Shown: positions 53,621 through 64,000 of the stretch, in pieces
Position numbering within the stretch: the stretch's first letter is position 1
Layout: the number at the start of each line of letters is the position of its first letter
Source: Eledone cirrhosa
Taxonomy: Eukaryota
Reading direction: 5' to 3'
Assembly: GCA_964016885.1 (NCBI GenBank)
Contig: OZ024745.1
Span: 111,290,001-111,354,000, forward strand
Length of the DNA: 64,000 bases
Position numbers and translations under genes: made by a program
The notes under the pieces: model-generated
What the model saw: the letters and a program-made list of their open reading frames with translations, nothing else
The model's database searches: none
What the model was told of the DNA's origin: nothing

Positions 53621-54196
53621 ATCATCATCATCATCATCAACGTTTAACGTCCGTGTTCCATGCTTGCATGGGTTTGGACGGGGGTAGTCCCACTTGAGGC
53701 AAGAGTGATTGTCTTGCTCGCATAGGACTGTCTGGCAGGTTTTCTACAGTTGGATGCCCTTCCTAACACCAACCACATTTACAGTGTGGGTCTGGGAGGT
53801 TTTTACCGTGTTGCCTACACGGCCACATTACAGCGTGGACTGTGTGTTTTTTTGTCGTGACACCTACACGATCTCATTTGTTTCGGCCTCGATGGCGCGG
53901 CACCAACATAACTTTACATAGAACGGGGTGGTGTGGATCGGGTGGGGGTGGTGGTGGTGGGACGGGGTGTATTTTGTTAGAGATGCCTACTGGCTGGAGT
54001 AGGTTTTACTATATATTTAGGTAAGGCGGGTCTTCTCTGTTACTGAGTACCGCCAAAGGTCTCGGTCCAGTGACATTGTCTTGGAGAGGTGTAAATGTGT
54101 GATGTCGGAGTTTATCAGCTCGTCCCAGGTTTTTCTAGGTCTGCCTATTCCGTGACTACCGTCTATCTTTATTGCCCTGCACTTTGTTATACAGCT
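53621..54196 (-). mobile_element. 5'-truncated RTE-type LINE, nearly identical to ~14500-15067
   Basis: Direct sequence identity with the 14.5-15.1 kb copy. Confidence 0.9.
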
Positions 54197-54232
54197 ATAT
54201 ATATATATATATATACTATATATATATATATA

Positions 54233-54266
<34 letters not shown>

Positions 54267-54292
54267 TATATATATATATATATACTATATAT

Positions 54293-54500
54293 CATCATCA
54301 TCATCATCACCGTTTTACGTCCGTTCTTCCACGCTAGCATGGGTTAGACGGGTTGTCCTGTTGTGGGCAGTGTCTGGTCGGCTGACCATGCCTTGCTCAT
54401 ACAGGAACTGATCTGGCTTGATTTCTACAGCTGGATGCCCTTCCTAACACCAACCTCATTTACAGTGAGTGCTGGGTGCTTTTTCGTGGCGCCTACACGA
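54293..54500 (-). mobile_element. SINE family 1, alternative-tail 3' fragment
   Basis: Reverse complement of ~6630-6815. Confidence 0.75.
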
Positions 54501-54527
54501 ATATATATATTATATATATTATATATA

Positions 54528-54558
<31 letters not shown>

Positions 54559-55150
54559 TATATATATATATATTATATATATATATATTATATATATTAT
54601 ATATATATATTATATATATATATAATATATATATATTATATATATATATATAATATATATTTTATATATATATATATAATATATATATTATATATAATAT
54701 ATATATATTATATATATATAATATATATATTATATATATATAATATATATATTATATATAACATATATATATTATATATATATAATATATATATATATAT
54801 AATATATATTATATATATATAATATATATATTATATATATATATAATATATATATTATATATATATAATATATATATATATTATATATATATAATATATA
54901 GATATAATATATATATATATAATATATATATATATAATATATATATATTATATATATATTATATATATATAATATGTATATATAATATATATATATAATA
55001 TATATAATATATATATATAATATATATATATATAATATATATATATATAATATATATATATTATATATATATATAGTATATATATATATATTATATATAT
55101 ATTATATATATATAATATATATATATATTATATATATATATAATATATAT
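54501..55150. repeat. Long, almost pure A/T (TA)n-derived tract; a similar tract at 56101-56428
   Basis: Direct reading. Confidence 0.95.
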
Positions 55151-55853
55151 TTATTAAAATAACAGATTAAAGTTTAAGCAAAGAATCGCTGCTTTCACCC
55201 TTAACGGGATCTTCAGAAACTAACAAAGTCAATCTGTAAACGCAGAAGTGGATATTTAAAAAAACGTTGCAACCGGAGGAAGACAGGAAGACGATACTAA
55301 GGTTCGTGGAAACGTTCCACCCTTAACGAGAATCATTCGGTTTCCTAGTTAGAATTTTAGTCTACGACTACAGCTATACCATTTACGTGGTTTTTGTCTT
55401 TGCGTGCTATTGTTCTCCATGCTCCACATATGATGTATTATCTTCGTTTTTTCCGTTCATTGCCAGAGAACGTCTCTATGAACCACCTAAGAGAACATTA
55501 GTCTACGACTTCTTTTATACCATAAACATGGTTTTATCTTTGCTTGTAATTGTTTTTCACCGCTCCTATTAATGACGTATTATATTCGTTTTTTTCCGTT
55601 CGTTTCCACGAACCAAAGTATCGTCTTCCTGTCTACCTCCGGTTGCAACGTTTTTTTAAATATCCACTTCTGCGTTTACAGATTGACTTTGTTAGTTTCT
55701 GAAGATCCCGTTAAGGGTGAAAGCAGCGATTCTTTGCTTAAACTTTAATCTGTTATTTTAATAAATATTTGCTCTACGGTTCTTATATATTTGATATATA
55801 TTTATCCTTACCGAGCCCTCTTTGGATTTTAGTCTTCAAATTTATTATTATTA
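55147..55853. mobile_element. Young fold-back element: 168-bp near-perfect inverted arms, each with a hammerhead, plus a one-sided tail
   Basis: Arms 55147-55314 and 55601-55768 are reverse complements with few mismatches. Tail 55769-55853. Embedded in a long (TA)-rich tract. Confidence 0.85.
55694..55744 (+). ncRNA. Type I hammerhead ribozyme (identical mirror copy on minus strand at 55171-55221)
   Basis: AGTTT-CTGAAGA-TCCC GTTAA GGGT-GAAA-GCA GCGATTCTT TGC-TT^-AAACT. Stem I can extend via CAGATTGA/TTAATCTG. Confidence 0.75.
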
Positions 55854-55876
55854 CTATATATAATATATATATATAC

Positions 55877-56101
55877 AGTTTACTCAGCTGTAGAAATGAG
55901 ATGATAGGGACTGGGGTCCCTATCATTCCACTGCAAAGTGGTCGTGGAGGTGCCATGGCAAAAAAGCACCCAGCACTCACTGTAAATGAGGTTGGTGTTA
56001 GGAAGGGCATCCAGCTGTAGAAATCAAGCCAGAATTAGTTCCCGTCCCACCCTTGCAAGCAGGGAAAAAGCGGACGTAAAATGAAATGATGATGATGATG
56101 A
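55877..56101 (+). mobile_element. SINE family 1, 5'-truncated
   Basis: Begins at AGTTTACTCAGCTGTAG and runs to the (GAT)n tail. Confidence 0.85.
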
Positions 56102-56105
56102 TATA

Positions 56106-56237
<132 letters not shown>

Positions 56238-56359
56238 TATATATATATAATATATAATATATATAATATATATATAATATATATAATATATATATAATAT
56301 ATATATAATATATATATATAATATATATATAATATATATATATAATATATATATATAAT

Positions 56360-56430
<71 letters not shown>

Positions 56431-56581
56431 GAGAAATGTGTAGTTTACTTGAAGCATTATGTATGGTGTATAGATTTTGAAGTTTGAAAGCCAAGGCAAT
56501 GCAAAATGGACAAACAAAGAAATCAGACGAAACAAGATGTTATGTTTTTTACCTTAATTTATATATATGTCCTGATATTTC

Positions 56582-56617
<36 letters not shown>

Positions 56618-57600
56618 CAAACAGAACAAGACAATGTTGTTGATAAATTGAATTTTCTCAGCTAGTTGCCACCACCATCACCACTTCTTTTCTTTTTTTC
56701 TTTTAAAAAAAAAAAAAAAATCTTTTTTCAGGTCACACAAACATCTCTTGTTTTAAAATATCAATTGGTAGGAATTCGACATAAGACACCACTGGAGCTT
56801 TCAATAAGTTTACTTCCTTTTTTTTTTTTTATGATTTTTTTTTTTTTTTACATTTTTGTTTTTTGTTTTTAAAGGCAATGGTAATAACAAGCCACTTCTG
56901 TCATGAAGAGTTTAAAACTAGCTGTCCTCACCAAGACACCCACGCCCCCACTGTCACCTCTTCCTCCATTACCACCCTTACCTCGCTGCCCCATCCCCCC
57001 AGTGCTTTCTCAAGACACTGATGTTGTGGAATTGGACCAGCCCTGGGGTGTGTCGGTGCTGTGAGAGGCTGAGAGTGATGTTTGGGTTGGGTTGTGTTGG
57101 GTTGGGTTGGGTAGGGTTGGGTAGCATTGGGTTGGGTTGGGTGGGATGAACTAAGGTTGATAACGGAAACAGATGTGTCAAAATGTCACAGGAAAGTGTT
57201 AAACAACATTATGTGTGTGTGTGTGTGTGTGTACATGGACATGCTTCACTGTAAATACGTGTGTGTGTTGTGTCGTAGTTAGGTCTGTGTGTGTGTGTGT
57301 GTGTGCATGTATGTGAATGTGTGGACATGCTTGACTGTAAATACGTGAGTGTGTGTGTGTGTGTGTTGTGCCGTTGTTTGTCATGTGTGTGTGTGTACGT
57401 GTGTGTGTATATGTGTGTGTGTGTAGACAAGCATGACTGTAAATATGTATGTGTAATGTGTATGTAACTGTTGACAAGTATTACTGTAAATGTGTAATGT
57501 GTGTGTATGTATATGTAAACAAACATCACTGTAAATATATACTTGCTTGTGTATGTGTGTTCCTCTATGTGTAGGTGTATGTGTGTGAGTGTGCCTCTGT

Positions 57601-57658
<58 letters not shown>

Positions 57659-57939
57659 GTGTCAAAAGAAAACGGTGAGGAAGGACATTTTAGAAAGTCT
57701 TAAGTTCCTCCTATCCTTTTAGCACAACATCTGTTGTCATGAAAAGATAACTTCCTTGGAGACAGCATTAAGAAACACATTGCGCTCTCTGTTCAGGCAT
57801 TTCCTTTACTCAACAGACTACTTCTTCAGAAACTATCCTCCTTCTCATAGCACCATCACCACCTCCTTCCAATCTGCCATACCAAAACTGTACCTAGAAC
57901 ACATGTAATCATACATTCAGTGACCCTGTAGCCTCTCCT

Positions 57940-58845
57940 GTGTTCAGTATGTCTATGTATGTATGTATGTTTGTGACTATGTCTCTATGTATGTTTGTGA
58001 CTATGTCTCTATGTATGTATGTGTGGGTCTATGTCCTAATGGCTATGTGTGTGTGTGTGACTATGTCTATGTACGTATGTGTGTGTGACTCTGTCTGTAT
58101 GGCTGTATGTGTGGTGAATGTATGTGTCTCTATGGCTATGTGTGTGACTATGTCTCTATGTATGTATGTGTCTCTATGGCTCTGTGTGTGACTATGTCTC
58201 TATGTATGTATGTGTGTGTCTATGTCCCAATGGCTATGTGTGTGTGTGTGACTATGTCCCAATGGCTATGTGTGTGTGTGTGTGACTATGTCTATGTACG
58301 TATGTGTGTGTGACTCTGTCTGTATGGCTGCATGTGTGAATGTACGTGTCTCTATGGCTATGTGTGTGACTATGTCTCTATGTATGAATGTGTGCAAATG
58401 TGTCTCTATGACTGTGTGTGTGTGAATGTGTCACTATGGCTATGTGTGTGAATGTGTCTCTATGGCCGTGTGTGTGTGAATGTGTCTCTATGGCTATGTG
58501 TATGAATGTGTCACTATGGCTGTGTGTGAGTGAATGTGTCTCTATGGCTGTGTGTGTGTGAATGTGTCTCTATGGCTATGTGTGTGAATGTGTCTCTGAC
58601 TATGTCGTTATGGCTGTGTGTATGATTGTGTCTCTATGGCTATGTGTGTGTGGCTATGTTGCTATGGCTGTGTGTGTGATTGTGTCTCAATGGCTATGTG
58701 TGTGTGACTCAGTCTCTATGGCTATGCGTCTGTGTGTATGTGTGTGTCTGTGTGTGTGTGTGTGTGTGTCTGTGTGTGTGTGTCTGTGTGTGTGTCTGTG
58801 TCTGTGTGTGTATGTGTCTGTCTGTGTGTGTGTCTCTGTGTGTTA
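57940..58845. repeat. Complex GT-rich minisatellite/microsatellite
   Basis: Recurrent TGTCTCTATGGCTATGTGTGTG(TG)n units. Confidence 0.85.
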
Positions 58846-59567
58846 TTTGTTTCGTTTGTTGTTGTTGTTTTTAAAGCCATGTCCTAGCTTCTGTAACTTG
58901 TTTTGTTTTCATTTTCGTTTTTGTTTTATTTTGCTTTTGCTTCATGTCATTTCATGACTGCACCCCTCCACCTCACTCCATTCCCTGCCCATAATCTCTC
59001 TCTGAGAGAGAGAGAGAGAGAACCCATGACCTATCTGAAACTCTATTCCCCAACACAACCACCACCATCCAAGAATTTAGAGATAACCTAGTTGAGGATT
59101 TTTAGGTCCCCAGATCAAACCTGATTCAGCTGACCCATGATCTAAAGACATTTCAGCCGTGACCATCCCATTTTTAGAGGCTGCATAGGACTACGTCCTC
59201 TAAAGTCTCCTTTTTCCTTAGTTAAAATGGTAGGTGTGAGTTGAGTGAGATTTAGCTGCTATTTCTAGGAGGCCAAACAACCAAAGACAGAGAGAGAGAG
59301 AGAGAAGGGGGTAGAGATAAATAACTCAGTTGGGACAGTAGATGTTGTTGAAAAGAGAGAGACAGTCATAGTTCTGCTAATGAAAGATGCTAGTGTCATA
59401 TATGTATATAAATATATATATATGTGTGTGTATATATATATACACACACAAACATACACATATATACACATACATCTCATACATTGACCCAAAATAATGA
59501 CACATTATATATACACACACACAAACATATACACATATATACATCTCATACATTAACCAAAATAATG

Positions 59568-59618
<51 letters not shown>

Positions 59619-59699
59619 GTTATTCCGGGTTGAATCGGAGGTAACCACAGTAAGTAAGGTACTCAATACATAGCAGAGTATAAAAGTTTTAATATAGAT

Positions 59700-59752
59700 G
59701 AGATTCTACAGGACTAGAACTGTTTCATTCTTTAGAAATCATCAGGAATCTC
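59700..59752 (-). ncRNA. Type I hammerhead ribozyme in fold-back element ~59618-59813 (same family as 33.7 kb)
   Basis: Minus strand GAGATTC-CTGATGA-TTTC TAAA GAAT-GAAA-CAG TTCTAGTC CTG-TA^-GAATCTC. 7-bp perfect stem I and GUA cleavage triplet. Confidence 0.85.
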
Positions 59753-59833
59753 CTGGTGATTTCTAAAGAATGAAACAGTTCTAGTCCTGTAGAATCTCAT
59801 CTATATTAAAACTATATATATATATATATATAT

Positions 59834-60272
59834 GTAGAGGTTATATTTAATTTGTTGGGATACAACAAGCAAAATGTGTTTATAACTGATATAAAGCACT
59901 CAACAAATTATTGGAGTAAATATACAATATATTAACAAATGGAAACTATATTTATAAAACCATATTTATGTCATTATACATATTTCAAGGGCCACCAAGG
60001 CAGATTATGGTGCGCTTTCATCAGATGAAATATAATATAGATTAGTTTTATAAATAAATATTGACATACCCTGAAAAATGCAACCTTCATGGTTATCCAG
60101 GAGACTCCAACCGTGAAGGTTGCATTTTTCAGGGTATGTCAATTTACTTATAAAACTAATCTATATTATATTTTATCTGATGAAAGCACACCATAATCTG
60201 CCTTGGTGGCCCTTGAAATATGTATAATGAAATAAATATCGTTTTATAAATATAGTTTCCATTTGTTAATAT

Positions 60273-60280
<8 letters not shown>
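59834..60280. mobile_element. Fold-back element with ~170-bp inverted arms, a hammerhead in each arm and a one-sided tail
   Basis: Arms ~59921-60093 and ~60110-60280, tail ~59834-59920, (TA)n on both sides. Confidence 0.85.
60169..60234 (+). ncRNA. Type I hammerhead ribozyme, minimal stem III (mirror copy on minus strand 59967-60032)
   Basis: TATTTTAT-CTGATGA-AAG..CACCA loop TGGTG..CTT-GAAA-T-ATGT-A-TA^-ATGAAATA. 8-bp stem I with one G.U pair. Confidence 0.82.
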
Positions 60281-60307
<27 letters not shown>

Positions 60308-60308
<1 letters not shown>

Positions 60309-60655
60309 CATCATTCATCATCATCATTTCATTTTACGTCCGCTTTTCCCTGCTTGCAAGGGTGGGACGGGAACTGATTCTGGCTTGATTTCTACAGCTG
60401 GATGCTCTTCCTAACACCAACCTCATTTACAGTGAGTGCTGGGTGCTTTTTTGCCGTGGCACTTACACGAACACTTTGCAGTGGAATGATAGGGACCCCA
60501 GTCCCTATCATCTCATTTCTACAGCTGAGTAAACTGGAGCAATGTGAAATAAAGTGTCTTGCTCAAGGAAACAACACATCACCTGGTCTGAGAATTGAAC
60601 TCACAACCTTTCGATTGCAAGGCCAATGTTCTAACCACTAAGCCATGTGCCTCCA
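60308..60655 (-). mobile_element. SINE family 1
   Basis: Reverse complement of 5278-5620. Confidence 0.88.
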
Positions 60656-60897
60656 TTTTGATATTATGTATATATATATATACATAAATATATATATATA
60701 TATATATAATTTTTTTCAATTTACAGGGAAATTCATATTTTTTGGCATGTTTACATGCCTACATATTACAAATGTGCATATTTATATACACATTGGTGCA
60801 GTCTCGGTTACACACTCTGTATGTATAGATATAACTTTATTGTACACTTCAGCTGCTAGTGCACTTCTTAATTTATGTATGTATATATATATATATA

Positions 60898-61056
60898 ACT
60901 GTAAATGTGGTTGGTGTTAGGAAGGGCATCCAGCCTTAGAAAACCCGCCAGACAGTCCTATGCGAGCAAGACAACCACTCTTGCCTCAAGTGGGAAAACT
61001 CCCGTCCAAACCCATGCAAGCGTGGAATATGGATGTTAAACGATGATGATGATGAT
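60898..61056 (+). mobile_element. RTE 3'UTR terminal fragment
   Basis: Matches 26033-26200. Confidence 0.8.
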
Positions 61057-61116
61057 ATAACACACACACATTATATATATATATATATATATAACACACA
61101 CACATTATATATATAT

Positions 61117-61296
61117 GCGGTGGATTGGCAGTACTGGTAGAGTGTCGGACGCCATGCTTTCGTTACGTCCCTTTACGATCTGAGTTCAAATCCCGCCGAG
61201 GTTGACTTTGCCTTTCATCCTTACGGGGGTCGATAAAATAAAGTACCAGTAATGCACTGGGTAATTGCTGGCCTTGTGCCTAAAGTAGAAACAATT
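61117..61296 (+). mobile_element. tRNA-derived SINE family 2 with Deu/Nin-like core; other copies ~1193-1385(-), 5975-6121(+), 21020-21190(-), 22720-22850(-), 34013-34196(+), 36457-36641(+), 44680-44820(-), 48920-49150(-), 50345-50635(-, two), 62200-62384(-)
   Basis: TGGCAGTA..GGTAG A box, GAGTTCAAATCC B box, core GCCTTTCATCCTTACGGGGTCGATAAAATAAAGTACC, tail AAAAGTAGAAACAATTA. Confidence 0.85.
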
Positions 61297-63149
61297 ATAT
61301 ATATATACATATATATACACTTGCAAACACATATACATACACACACAAATGACATGAAGAAGTAACCTTACAGAATAGTGAACCAATGTGTTCATGCACG
61401 CATGGACACACACACACACACAGGTACCAAGAGACACATACACCAAATAAGATCTTGTGTAAGATATTTACACCACATCTCTTCCTATTTACATCACATT
61501 CACAGAGGTTGTCATAACTTTGCACCTGTGTCTTATTCTCAATTGCTGACACATTTCAAGCATAACAATATGTGATCAGTAAAAATGATAACGAAGGGTA
61601 AAACATTATATTTTGTTATGATACGCAACTGGTAAAGAAGACAAAAAGTTGAGTAAGATGCTAAGTAACTGAGTTTGATAATGTCTCTTGTAGCACTAAA
61701 TCATTGGATATCTGACAACAACAACCATTTCAACCCTTTAGTTAAACCTGCCATATCCAGCCAGAATTCTCTCACCTCTTTCTGTTCAAACCGGCTGTAA
61801 ACAGCTGTACATGCAGATGCTAAGGTATTGTTCTCAAAATATATAATATCAAAATCTCATAGATTCAATATTATGTGAGGAAAAACCTTTACTGTAAAAG
61901 TATAATAGTAGATATAGAGTAATGTAAATGCTAAAGGGTTGAGGTAATTTTCACCTGCTAAAATAATGGTTAGTCATGCAACTTTCCACCATAATTTTAT
62001 ACAAGAACCTTTGTTATGTTATGTTCCAAAACCAGCTTAATAATTGTTTCTACTTTTGGCACAAAGCCAGCAATTACTCAGTACATTACTGGTACTTTAC
62101 AGCCTAACCACAAAACCACATACCGCCACAGATACTAAATGTTACATTCTGCTCCTTCACCAATCTCTCTTTCCTTGTCTGAATAATAATAATAATAATA
62201 ATTCTACTTTTGGCACAAGGCCAGCAATTATCCCAGTGTATTACTGGTACTTTATTTTATCAACCCTCTAAGGATGAAAGGCAAAGTTAACCTCAGCGGG
62301 ATTTGAACTCAGACCGCAAAGGGACGTAACTATGCTGGAAAGCATGGCATCCGACTCTCTACCGATACTGCCAATCCACCGCCTTAACCAGCTTAATAAT
62401 GAGGAAGTTTATATCATGAAATCTCTCTAAATTCTTGATTGTTTTCAAAATGACTTCTATATGAGAGGCAGTGACTTTTATTAGAAGTATGATAACGAAG
62501 GGGTTAATTAAAGCAACCATGTAGAGGCTCTCTTGTTAGCTGATTATTCTTGACTTTCAGGGTTTTTGGGGGATTTTTTAAATAGGGGTTATGGACTCTT
62601 ATAGGGGAGAAATAATCCAAGATATGGACTTGAATGTTAAATTAGTAGTAATTTTCCCTTCTATTAGCTGACTGCTCCACAACTAGGTTGTTATTTTAGA
62701 GTATTTGAATATCTGAATATTCAAATTTGTTTTGTTTGTTTTTTTTTACAGATTCCACCCACACACCAAAATCTCAGCTTCCACTGGACAAAGTGGAATT
62801 TAATAAATAATCAGTATAGACACAATTTTGTAAGGTAGTGAAATATTAAAACAAAATGATGAAAAATAAAAAATTTGAATTTTCAGTTAATACTCAAAAT
62901 TGAATTTTTCCCTTTTCAATCTTTCAATTTTACATTTAATCTTCATAATCAAAAAGGTTATTTTTTTTGTTATATTTTTTTGTTTTGTTTCTCAAGAAAT
63001 ATATGCTAGCTTTGTAGAACACTTAATATTGCAGTGGTTGTTGTTTCTGTTATGTAAGTTCCAGCACTTTCTGATTGAGCAAACCTATATTAAAGTAATG
63101 TTTGGATGTGGTGGTTGTTTGCATGCGAAACAGAAGTTTCATGTAAGAG

Positions 63150-63470
63150 TAAAGACACCCTTCAACGAATGACCATGGGATTTGCACCTAGAAAGTTCCT
63201 CTCTGAGGCACAAGTCAGGCCAGGTTGTTTGTGGAAGACCAACAGTCACCCATGCATACCACTCTTCTCTCTCCACGCCACCGATGTTGTCCAAGGGAAA
63301 GGCAATGGCTTATACAGCTTGGCACCAGTGATGCCACAACTCATTTCTACAGCTGAGTGAACTGGAGCAACGTGAAATAAAGTGTCTTGCTCAAGAACAC
63401 AACACAAAACCCGGTCCAAGAATCAAACTCACAACCTCATGATTGTTCTAACCACTAAGTCATGTGCCTT
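63150..63470 (-). mobile_element. Related tRNA-SINE (same head and core, different 3' part); similar remnant ~33060-33200
   Basis: GGCACATGACTTAGTGGTTAG..GCAAGACACTTTATTTCAC..CTCAGCTGTAGAAATGAG on the minus strand. Confidence 0.7.
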
Positions 63471-64000
63471 CATACAGTTTAATGTATTACTGTATTAACA
63501 ACTGCTGTAAACAAGTACACTTTCATGTAAAAGGTAGCTTATCACACTGCAAAACAAAATTCATCAAGGAGAAAAGCATCGTTCTTTGGTAAAACATTAT
63601 ATAAAATTATAAATAGCAGTAACAAAACTATAAGTCAGTATATAGAGAAGAAACTTAAAGAGCAATAGTAATATCAATGACCAGACTTGGCTTTTATCAT
63701 TTCTTATTAAAATACTTATGATTATACAAAAACAAAACACTTTAGCATTTAAACCGAACGTATCTGGCCAGAATTTTTCTGTTCAAACTGGTTATAACCA
63801 GCTGCTCATACCAATGTTAAGGTATTGTTCTCAAAATAAATAATATCAAAATCTCATAGATTCGATATTATGAAGAGATAATTATGTGAAATAAAGCCTT
63901 TTCTGTGAAAATACAATAATAAATATAGAGTAATGTAAATACTAAAGGGAACAAAAAAGAAAGTAAAAAAAGAAATGAAAAGAAAAAAAAAAAGAATCAA

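Overview
AT-rich, microsatellite-dense eukaryotic genomic DNA. The repeat make-up suggests an octopus or other cephalopod (inference). Almost all ORF-track entries are microsatellite or repeat artefacts. The only confidently recognisable host coding segment is a minus-strand exon of mitochondrial ribosomal protein S16 (18412-18679). The rest is mostly mobile DNA: a DD37D (maT) Tc1/mariner, a decayed mariner, a non-autonomous Helitron, TTAA-flanked piggyBac-like MITEs, many RTE-type LINE 3' fragments, RLE-type retrotransposon ends, two tRNA-derived SINE families and several minisatellites. The main unexplained structure is a set of at least five unrelated short non-coding elements, each inserted in (TA)n tracts. 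Several are long fold-back palindromes with a one-sided tail, and each carries a type I hammerhead ribozyme fold (CUGANGA...GAAA...NUH). One family shows compensatory stem changes between copies, and several have palindromic mini-stem III loops or a downstream AATAAA. They most likely represent non-autonomous Penelope-like (pLTR) or retrozyme-type elements. All folds were made by eye and no activity has been shown.
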